The notes under the pieces: model-generated
What the model saw: the letters and a program-made list of their open reading frames with translations, nothing else
The model's database searches: none
What the model was told of the DNA's origin: nothing
Origin: Macrostomum lignano
Lineage: Eukaryota
Assembly: GCA_002269645.1 (NCBI GenBank)
Contig: NIVC01001709.1
Span: 62,001-126,000 of the forward strand
Reading direction: 5' to 3'
DNA: 64,000 bases
Part shown: positions 53,791 to 64,000 of the stretch, piece after piece
Position numbering within the stretch: the stretch's first letter is position 1
Layout: each line of letters starts with the position of its first letter
Position numbers and translations under genes: made by a program

Positions 53791-55182
53791 TCGTATATTT
53801 ATATGATGCACATATAGCTTGCTAGCTCGTAAGCGCGATGCAACGCGAAGTGCAATACCTGCATATAGGCCCGTATATTATACATGTTACATGTACCCAG
53901 CTCATGCATGCGTGACTGCGAATTATGTCGGCACTGTTTTGGTGAGTATTCCACTCACGTTGCAAATGTAAAATTCAATTAGCAGAATGTAATTTTCATT
54001 GCTATTAATGCAAATAGCTATTGTCCACAAACATTTCTGTTGTTAACCCTATACCAATTCAGTCTCTGATCGTAGCTGCGTAATAAGTCATAAGTCTGAA
54101 TTACTAACGCGAGCCAAATATTGCATGTACATGTATAAGCCAGCCCTGTGAAGCGCAGGTGCCAATTGTAGACTCCTCTTGGCTTGGCACGCAAGCCTAG
54201 CACAAAAATAACGCAACATTTGGCCTAATTTCTACACCACTCTATGCAACCGTTGGGATATGCAGCTTGGGTTAAAAATACAAACTTGTTTCGAAATTTT
54301 CAAAGTGACAGTCGCTGAGAACTTTTGATGTATTTAGTATTACATGTTACGTACATGTGCATATACGTATATGCACGCGTGGTACTTCTAATAACATCAA
54401 TAAAAGCGTGGACAGTTTTGATGAAATGCATGTAACCAATAAAAAGGTTATAACAGGAATTTAAATTACAACAAAGATGAATACTTAAATAGATTTACAT
54501 ACAAAATGTACTGAACAGTTCGGCTCATAATCGCTCTATACCAACCATTAGATCGAGCATGTGTTCCCTAATAATATTACTCTTAGTAGTCATCACGCTG
54601 TTGTCAAGCTCTCGATTAAATCGGAGCCACAAAGATCCACTGTGGCGAGAGGTCCTACTTTTAGTGTAGAAGAGGCCCGATTGAAAACCCTGAGAAGTCC
54701 CATGAAAGTTGCAAACTGAACTATTTAAATGAGCGCTGCTCCACTCTCTGAAAGAATATCGAACACCTGCATGGGCCGCGGTTAGAGCCCCCTGTTTTGT
54801 TCGAGTGGGAATGGTTGTTCGCCTGTTCATGTCCATGTCGGTCGATCCCCAATTCGAGTGGTCCTTAGCATAAATTGATTATATTGCATTCCATGGCTCG
54901 TAATCGAACATCTGCATAGGGGGATGAAAAAAGCGGACGAACAAACAAAAACAACGGGATGGGAGGGCGGCCATACATATTTTTCTAGTCAGAAAATTAG
55001 CAGCAAAAAGCAGCAGCCTCACGACCCTTCTGTACATGGAAGATTGGCCGTCGCGACTGCCACAGGTGCACTCAGAACCAGATCTAGAGAACCTCTTGCT
55101 CCAAAAATAAGGAACTGGAGAGATCCATTTACGAGTAATGGCGACATTCACGTACATGTACAGTTGTGTAAAAATCAAGTAA

Positions 55183-58100
55183 CTAATGCGAAAACATGTC
55201 TTTGCACGTTGCGCAACAAAAACCTGGATCGGTCGACCCTTCGACGCATTCTGTGTGATACCAACGAAGACTGGAGGGACATTCAATCTAGAAATGAAGG
55301 GGTGAGCGAAAATTAACCGCATTATGCTGTAAGCACAACTCGACTGCATATTCGATCGACTGCATCTTAAGCTGGAGTTCAATCTGTATGACTGCTTTAA
55401 GCAATCTGCTTGGCAAAAGTGAAATTCGTAGTTAAAAAAATAAAAAAAGGAAAATTACTCGTATTTTACCCAATTTATGCGACGACTAACGCCCGAAGCG
55501 TCAGGTTCTGTGTTGCTACAGGCTGAGCACTCTTCCTGCGTTCCTCCATAGCTGTAGGCCTGGATCACATTCCAGATATACTGTCTGTATCTTCCGAGAG
55601 CCGTCGGATTGTTCTTGAACCGGAGACCAGAACCAAGAGCTAATGCCCTAGCGTACAGGCATACAAACACTCCGCAACTATGACCATCAGATTGCATTGT
55701 TCTCGACATTGTGGCCAGCTCATATGGCTTCGATGTGCTGCTGGTGAATACCGGAGCGCTTTGGTCAACAAATGCCATTATTCCATCGGAAGCCAATATG
55801 CGGCTAGAAAGTTAACAGAAATTTTACAGATTTGCCACATCAGTACTTAAGTTCACTTTTATTTATTCTCTGGACATGTACACAAACTATTGTACTCACT
55901 TCCATTTGCGAATTAGAACATGAAACTCTTGCTTCTCTTGCGCATTACGCCGAATCGAATCCAGCACAAAGACCTTTCGTTCAACGCCGCAAATAACGAT
56001 CAAGTAAAAATGCCCGCTGTTTAAAATAGGCACGATTATTTGATTCAGGCCCTGCAACATCAAGAGAGCAAATAATTTTATACCTCAAATTGGTGCATGC
56101 GTAAGATTTTCATTGAGAATTCACTACAAGTGTACAAATTTATTTTGCATCAAAAACGACATTATTGTTTCATTAACAGAACTTGCCTTCCATCCGAGAG
56201 TTCTTCTCAGCAAGTTCTGGACTCCATCGTTGAACTCATCTCCTGATAGATTCAATATGTAGTAAAAGTCGCCCTCACTTATTACAATCCTTTGGGCGTT
56301 GTTCGATGTGATAGCAGTGCAATAGGCCAATAAAATCTATCGCGAGTAATGCAAGAGGGACAGGAAAAGATAATGGTGAAAATAGGTCATAAGTCAACTG
56401 AATTTTCTATTGTAAGTATTTACGTATACTTACTTAAGTATTTATTGTAAGTAAGTAAGTATTTATGAAAATACTTACCGTGTAGTCTAACAGGTTGCTT
56501 CCCAACAAACTTTGACGATGCTCTTGCGTTACGGGAATATCCGTTCCAGAGCCAGGAAGGGTGAAGAGAATCTGGCTATTATCGCTTTGCACCGTTCTTC
56601 CTTTCTGCCGCGTGCTCCTCTTGCTTTGCCACCTGCTTCTACTGTTATCTGCGGTTCCATTTTGACTGGAATTTTTATTGGGTCTGTTCCTACCAGCTGT
56701 GCATCCCGGAAGTTTTGATTTTGGGTTGCTCTGTTGGGACTGACTGCTACTCTTTTCCGTTTCGTCAGGATCGGCGACATTAGCAAAATACTGATTGCTA
56801 CTAGTATCTGAGTATCTTGAACGCTTGCTATTTCTCGACCTTTTTTGCCAACCTTCAGTTGCAGCTTCTTCTGAGATTGATGACTTCCTTTTTCTGCAAA
56901 AACTTGGAGCAGGTACTTTGCTCGAGATGGTGCACTCTGAAACTCTACGAAGTACAAAGGGTACATAATTCTCTACGAAGGTACTCAGCCTGGACTTGGT
57001 GTTAAATCGACTTTTCACAGAAGAAAACCAACTCTCCACATGAGCATTTGAGTAAAAAGACTTTGAATTTTTAGCAATCAAATGATTCCATGTAAATATA
57101 GCCCATAGAGGGAGGATGGACAGGTATCTAAGCAAGAAAAAGTTTATCAATCGAGGGTTGTAGAATTCATTATCTGTCAGACCGGTTTTATGCGCGAGAG
57201 TATTTTGAATTGTGGTAAATTCCTTTTTAAAGTATTCGTAGTATGGAGAATTTTTCAGTATCGCGTCACCTTCCGCGTTCATACTTGCATGATCCTTGTC
57301 TTGAAGTATAAATGAGTCTTTGTTGATTGATTCGGAATACTCTGGAACATGGCCATCTCTCAGAAAATTTGCTACCCTAGTTCTAGCAGCAACGGTTTGC
57401 TCGGCATACGGAGATCCAAATATAATAAGCGTGTCCATGATGAAGTTGACGGATAGTTTTTGCGTACTGGAATACTGAATTAAAGAAAATAACTTCAAAA
57501 ATAGCTGACGGCTTCGCTGGTTCAAGGAGTGTTTTTTGCAGTGGTCCGAAATTGACTTTATAATATGATTGCTACACAGAAAAACGCCATATTGAATCTC
57601 GCTAGGGGTGTCCGTAATAAAGTAATTGTAATGCATTTGGATGTACGTTGTCACGTCCGTGTGGTGGAAGTCTAAGCATGAATGAATTTGCGCCCATGAA
57701 AAGTCGGAAATAAAAAGAATATTTAGGTCAACAGAAAAAGGTGAGTTTACACAGTGCAGAATTCTATGGCGGAGGAGTTTTAGAAAGTGAGAAATGGATG
57801 CAACGTTATGGGAGTCTGTAATCATATTCCCAACTGGCGACGATGGAACAGAATCAGTAGCAGTTGTGATGACAGAATAGAGTAGAACAGGATGAGGTGA
57901 ACAGTTTTTTTCTATTAACGAGCCAGTAGCGTCGATATGCAGCACTGTTGGAGTACGAGCTGACATAATTGCTCTAAGAAGCTGTATTTCAAGGTTGGAC
58001 AATAATACAACACGTAGTGGATCTAAACTACGCTCCATTATGACTCCAGGAAAATCGGATGCGGATATCGAAGTTTAAAAATGTCTTGTAGACCTCCAAG

Positions 58101-59072
58101 CTCAACAAAAAGAACAGAGTGTAACCTCTCGTCTTTCTCCATTTTACTTTTTAAATTATACATCACAGTTTTGGTTTTGCACGCATCAAAGTTGCACGAC
58201 AGAATGAATGGTAAATTTTCGATCGCAAGAAAGCGTCTTCTGAATGCTTCAACGGCACCGGCCTCTTTTATATCGTCGTAAATTTCACGTTTTTCTGATT
58301 CGGTCGTTCTACGAAAACAACTAGCCGTAGCATCTTGATGGTTTAACCTTCCCGTGATAATAACCTCCCAAGACCATGTTGTTCCGTCAACACGTGGTGG
58401 TCTTCTCATTATTAAAGCGTAATTTCTTCTGCATCCTTCAATTTTGCATTCCGCTCTAATTGTCCAAAAATTCTGCTTACTTTTTCTTGAATTCTGCTTT
58501 CGAATGTGATTATAGCCCGTCATCCTCAAACAGCACGTAGCGACTTGTCGCATAGCACGGCAAACTGCTTCATTAAGAAAACTTTTTGAAAACGTATACT
58601 TTGGTCCAGATTGACTATCTTCCACCGATAGGTTAATTTTGCAGATATCACTCTCCGATAGTTCGATCCGATTCTCCCCAGTTTCATCAGAACTTTCCTC
58701 AACTTCTGGTGGTTGTTCGTTTGACGTCGATTGTGATGAGCTTGTAGCATTCAAATCTACTTGTACACGCGTTGTTCTCTCTTCTCTATTCTCTGCGTTG
58801 CAAAAATCTTCGCTTTTCTGTCCATCGTCGTTTTCTACTATAGGGTCGCTGGGTTCATAAATCGTTTTATCAGCCTGACGTCTCCCGTTTAACGTTGAAT
58901 GTTTTTGGCCAGCTGTATTATATGCACGTCTATTTTTCGATCTCTGAGCTTTCTTTCCTTGGACTTTTCCAGTCGGTTTATTTTTCTTGCTCTTCTGGCT
59001 ACATGCACTGTTGGAACGTCCTGCAGCATCAGTCGTCTCAGTTGACTGGGGTACATGTAGCGACCTATTCAT
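55183..59072 (-). CDS. MULE transposase fused via introns to a Ulp1/SENP (C48) cysteine protease and a PHD-like finger; one frameshift near 58052
   Basis: 59072-58038: N-terminal part, CKIEGC...GRLNH. 58038-56479: LHIDATGSLI, FISDFSWAQ, FLCSNHIIK (CxxH), SNAHVESWFSSVK (DDE triad). Further exons 56336-56187 (GC donor), 56051-55900 (ILNSGHFYLIVI...FVLDS), 55803-55470 (QSDGHSCGVFVC; CSAC) and 55287-55183 (IECPSSLRWYHTEC...CCATC*). Confidence 0.85.
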
Positions 59073-59794
59073 TAGACCCCAAAGATATACCCGCGATCGC
59101 AGTCGGTTTCGAATTTTGAGTGCCCGACATAAGAACACATAAAGTGGTGTAGAGTGACGAAAGCCAGTTGGAGGAGGATAAATTCTACTGGCTTCTACCA
59201 GGACAGATTGAGCCTAAAATAGGAATAACCCATTTAAAATTACGGATAAAGATCCAGTTTCGACATTGCATGCATTCAGAAAGTTATGAAACTGCAAATA
59301 CCTGCTCTTTTGATGGCAGTCCAAAACAGAAAGTTACTAGAATTGTGGTCAGTACTACGAAGAAAAATACGAGTCCACGAGTCCACATATTTGAAAAATT
59401 CAATGGTCAGTTAAGTTATTGCTTATATAGAATCTAGTATTCGTTCAAGAGAAAATGAGAAAATTTACTTAGAATTGAAATTAAAGAAGCAACTAGTAAG
59501 TGGGACGCAGGGACCAAGCGTGCAGGTCTACATTTATCAGAGATTAAACTAAAAGAGAGGGGTGGGGAGTGTGCTGATAGAAAAATAGGGGTGGGTGCGC
59601 GACTAAAGAAAGAGACGATAATAAATAGCCAATCAGAATGCAGCAAGGGAGAGAGATAGCTGGACAGAGAGGCAAAAAACAGTAAACAGGACGAGTGCAC
59701 ATGAACTGAAGATAGATATAAGAAAGTAGCTACGCAATATAGGTTGTTAGTTAGACTGCTGGAGTGCAGTGGAGCTGGAGATACACAAATTCCT

Positions 59795-59891
59795 CTCAGG
59801 GCTGCAAATTGGAGGAGAAAGAAGAGAGATGAAATGAGGAGAAGAGAGAGTAGAAAGTAGAGATGAGAGAGATGAGATGAGACAGAGAGAG

Positions 59892-59954
<63 letters not shown>

Positions 59955-61050
59955 AGGAGATAGATGAGATGGGAGAGAGAGGGAAGAGGAGAAAGTAGAG
60001 ATGAGAGAGAAGAGAGTAGAGATTAGAGAGTGGAGAGAGAGAAGAGAGGAGAAAGTAGAGATGAGAGAGAAGAGATTAGAGATTAGAGAGTGGAGAGAGA
60101 GGAGAGAAGAGATTGGAAGAGAGGAGTCATAAGAGGGGAAAGAAAATAGTACAGAGGAGAGATTTGAGAACATATAAGAGTAAAGATAACAGAATAGAGA
60201 GTAGAGATGATCGAGAGAGCAGATACGAGAGTGAACAGACGACAGATGGTAGAATAGAGAACAGCGGAGATAGAAGTGATAAGAGAGAATCTATTACAGA
60301 CACGAAAGCAGAGAGGAGAGACAAAGGGAGAGAGAGAAGTGGAGTGAGGAAAGAGGAGAAAAGATGGGAGAGAATCGAGAGCAAAAGGGAGAGAGGGGAA
60401 AGGGAGAGACAGGGGAGAGGAGAGGAAAGAGAAGAACGGAGAGGGGAGAGAATATAGTAAGGAGATGAGAGATGGGAGAGCAGAGAACAGAGAGATGAGT
60501 GGAGAGATAAGAGCGAGGGAGAGAGAGATGGAGAGGAGAGGTGAGAGTAGTGGAGGAAGTTGAGAGAGGAGAGATGATAAAAGGAGACTACAGATCAGAT
60601 AATGAGAGAGAGTATGAGGCAGGAAAGATATATTACAGAGGATTGAGACGAGAGAGGAGAGAGTAAAGAGATGATAGAAGAGATGAGAGACGAGAGCAGA
60701 TCGGGGGAGAGTAGAGAGAAGAGATCGGAGAGAGGAGAGAAGTGGGAAGTGTCAAGAAAGAGGGGAGAGTGAGGAGTGAGAATTTATACAGAGGGGAGAG
60801 AGAATAGAGAGTAGAGAGCAGAGATAAATAAGAAGAGATAAGAGAGCAGAAAATAAGAAGAGAAAGGAGAGATGATAAAGCAATGAGAGAGAAGAGAGTA
60901 GAAAAACCAAAGAAAGATAAGGAGAGACAAGAAAAGATCGGGGAGAGGAAGAAATAAAGGAGAGAGGAAAAAAGAGATGAGATGAGATGGGAGGGAAAGG
61001 ATGAGAGACGATAGAGAAGAGAGGAAACAGTAGAGAATTGACTGAAGTTT
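59795..61050. repeat. Purine-rich (GA/GAGA) low-complexity tract inside the transposon
   Basis: Directly visible; includes (GA)n at about 59895-59948. Confidence 0.9.
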
Positions 61051-61315
61051 CAAAGGAATCTAGGGACGTAGGGAGGCGCAGGGACAGAGGCCGGAGTTTG
61101 CCAATACTTGTTTTAAGACAGACATTGCCTGACATTCTTGGGCAACACCACAAGCCAACATGTGATTAATGCTTGCCTCAAATTCTAATTTTATACGAAC
61201 TTATACTCCACTTTTATTTTTAACTCTATCCTATAATTATTAACAAGTTCTGTGTTTGAGTATAACTTCATATTCTGGAACACAAGCAAAAGTAGTTCCG
61301 GCTGGGATTGGAATT

Positions 61316-62451
61316 CATATACAATGCATTATAAATACGAGCACCTTTAAAACCCTTGCCATTCCGCTTTGCGTGGTCTGATGGACTTGAAGTTTCACAG
61401 AGGTGTTTGTTTTGTGTGTAATAATTTTTCTGTAAATTTTCAAGCAAATCCGAGCTGTACAAGTGTTGCAAATGGGCATACATGTTATACACTGTGCGCA
61501 TATACAATGCATTATAAATACGAGCACCTTTAAAACTCTTGCCATTCCGCTTTGCGTGGTCTGATGGACTTGAAGTTTCACAGAGGTGTTTGTTTTGTGT
61601 GTAATAATTTTTCTGTAAATTTTCAAGCAAATCCGAGCTGTACAAGTGTTGCAAATGGGCATACATGTTATACACTGTGCGCATATACAATGCATTATAA
61701 ATACGAGCACCTTTAAAACTCTTGCCATTCCGCTTTGCGTGGTCTGATGGACTTGAAGTTTCACAGAGGTGTTTGTTTTGTGTGTAATAATTTTTCTGTA
61801 AATTTTCATGCAAATCCGAGCTGTACAAGTGTTGCAAATGGGCATACATGTTATACACTGTGCGCATATACAATGCATTATAAATACGAGCACCTTTAAA
61901 ACTCTTGCCATTCCGCTTTGCGTGGTCTGATGGACTTGAAGTTTCACAGAGGTTTTTGTTTTGTGTGTAATAATTTTTCTGTAAATTTTCATGCAAATCC
62001 GAGCTGTACAAGTGTTGCAAATGGGCATACATGTTATACACTGTGCGCATATACAATGCATTATAAATACGAGCACCTTTAAAACTCTTGCCATTCCGCT
62101 TTGCGTGGTCTGATGGACTTGAAGTTTCACAGAGGTGTTTGTTTTGTGTGTAATAATTTTTCTGTAAATTTTCATGCAAATCCGAGCTGTACAAGTGTTG
62201 CAAATGGGCATACATGTTATACACTGTGCGCATATAGCTACAATGCATTATAAATACGAGCACCTTTAAAACTCTTGCCATTCCGCTTTGCGTGGTCTGA
62301 TGGACTTGAAGTTTCACAGAGGTTTTTGTTTTGTGTGTAATAATTTTTCTGTAAATTTTCATGCAAATCCGAGCTGTACAAGTAGGTTTATTTTGTTGCA
62401 TTTGTTAGAAATTGAATATCAATACGAATATCTATGGGGAAACAGATACGT
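61316..62451 (-). repeat. Right inverted arm: about 5.8 x 183-bp units plus unique terminus
   Basis: Reverse complement of the left arm; one unit has a 4-bp insertion near 62236. Confidence 0.95.
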
Positions 62452-63011
62452 GTCCCTGTCGGTTGGATAACTGCTTGAGTAAAAATTAAGTAGCCTATTC
62501 ATTAATAGTACTAGATCCATGTGTTTATCGAAGTTTTAGTATTTAGGTATACAGTAAATAAAATTAATAGTGTCGCTTTTATTTCCACCGAAAACAACTA
62601 ATTCATAAAAGTATCATAAAGTTTTTCCTGTAAATAATATTTTTGCTTGACATTAGATTTTGTTCCCCTTTTATAAACAATATTATCAGCAAAATCATGG
62701 TCAACTATGTTAAAGGAACTCTAGTAAAATGGTAAGCAAGATAGATTCCTGACAGTAAGCCAAATGTCAATAAATATCAATTAACAAGATTAAAAAATGT
62801 GCTATTTATGAGCTGTAAATTTTAATGTAAATTTGAGCTACACTGGAATGAATTGAGTCACATTATAATATATGGTATATAGTCTTATTAAAATATTGCA
62901 AATCTGAAAAAATATAGTGCTACTAGTTATTAGTATTAGTAACTAGAAAATATTATTGGGATTAATATTTATTCCCATATTCCCATTTACTAATTGGGAA
63001 CTTATTGGCTA

Positions 63012-63531
63012 CCATAGTCCGGATCATGTCGTTTTTGCCGGAGATCTCTGGCGTAAATCTGGTTTGGGATCGGAGGCTGGCGTAAGTGCTTGGCGTAAGT
63101 ATAGGCCAAAATGTGCCTTGGCGTAAGTGCTTGGCGTAAGTACATGGCATAAATCAAGTGGCGTAAATGTTGGCACAAATGAGATCATTCACAATCAAAT
63201 GTATATTGCAGTTCGTATAAATGAGATAGCAGAATATCTATTGTAGGATAGCAAAATTTTTTTAGCTTCAATATGCTTATTTTGATTCTTGATTCAGAAT
63301 TTGCAACTTGTGAGATTTTTAAACAGTTGCAACTTCTGAATTTAATTAATCACCGATTAATTGTAAATCATCTATTCTATTCTATTCTATCTATTCACAA
63401 GAATTGTGAGGGACCTTTTTTGGGTGGCGTAAGTCAGAGGGACCTTTTTTTGGTTGGCGTAAGTCTGGCATAAGTGCCAAAAAATGTTGGATTTTTCCTC
63501 TGGCGTAAGTCTAGCATGATCTGGACTATGG
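63012..63531. mobile_element. 520-bp non-autonomous TIR element (MITE) with 8-bp TSD
   Basis: 17-bp TIRs CCATAGTCCGGATCATG / CATGATCTGGACTATGG (1 mismatch). TSD ATTGGCTA at 63004-63011 and 63532-63539. About 12 subterminal TGGCGTAAGT-like motifs. Confidence 0.85.
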
Positions 63532-64000
63532 ATTGGCTATCCTACAGAATGGTTCATTAAATTTACTGTACACATATTTTTTTATCTATTGACATAAAAC
63601 TTTCCAAAAATAAATATTTTCATTATGCCAACATTTTAGAAGTGTTTTGGCATTAAAATTTCATTTGTGGAGGGTTGCAACTTAACTTTTATTGTAATTT
63701 CTAGGTTTTTCCCAGTTTTTTTCAAATTTCAACCACTATTATGCAATTTTGAATTTTGTATGCTGATGTCACTGGAAAAAAATGTGTCTATGGCCAAAAT
63801 TAGCTATAAACTCTAGGGATATTATTGAGATAGAAGTATATATTGTACTTAATATTTTTATATAAAAATTACCATAGTTTTTTCCATTTAAAGCATGGAA
63901 AGGTATTCTAAGACAATCAAGTTGAAGCTATATCCTTATTTTGTTAATTCTATTTATTTAGCAATTTGTTGAAATGATCAATCTTTTCTTGTTTATTGCT

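Larger units (their letters stand above)
52309..62451 (-). mobile_element. Mutator/MULE-Foldback (Rehavkus-like) DNA transposon, 10,143 bp
   Basis: 9-bp TSD GTCCCTGTC at 52300-52308 and 62452-62460. Terminal sequences are identical in inverted orientation (ACGTATCTGTTTCCCCATAGATATTCG...). Long arms of 183-bp tandem units flank an internal MULE DDE transposase with a Ulp1-like protease. Confidence 0.93.

Noticed and set aside
52359-53825. 475-488-aa repetitive ORFs (and 61268-62401) as genes
   Set aside because: They coincide exactly with the 183-bp transposon arm units; open frames follow from a unit length divisible by 3.
54525-55382. Additional cargo genes inside the transposon (ORFs 54525-54836, 54879-55382, 54924-55316)
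   Set aside because: No recognisable motifs; part of the interval is the last transposase/PHD exon in another frame plus the 3' UTR.

Overview
Eukaryotic (metazoan) genomic DNA with short GC-rich spliceosomal exons and introns filled by micro- and minisatellites. The style resembles a free-living flatworm such as Macrostomum, but that is an inference, not a database result. I reconstructed five host genes by hand from GT/AG boundaries and phase continuity: (1) the 3' part of a ZnT1/SLC30A1-like zinc exporter (+, 2932-11127, 5' exons not found in the window); (2) a two-exon neuropeptide F/Y precursor ending in an atypical LPRF-G-KR (+, 14439-16309); (3) a two-exon uncharacterised ~186-aa gene (+, 19344-19999); (4) a complete dual-zinc-finger GATA1/2/3-class factor (-, 30068-37522); (5) a complete 9-exon CFAP91 (-, 45075-50965). 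The last 12 kb holds a 10.1-kb Mutator/Foldback (Rehavkus-like) DNA transposon (52309-62451). It has a perfect 9-bp target-site duplication and long inverted arms built from 183-bp tandem units, and it carries a spliced transposase-Ulp1 protease-PHD-like gene with one frameshift. Also present: an 8.7-kb 30/32-bp satellite, a CORE-like tRNA SINE split by a hAT MITE, a second 520-bp MITE, and many simple repeats. Most long ORFs in the supplied track are repeat artefacts. No CRISPR array, rRNA or intact tRNA is supported.
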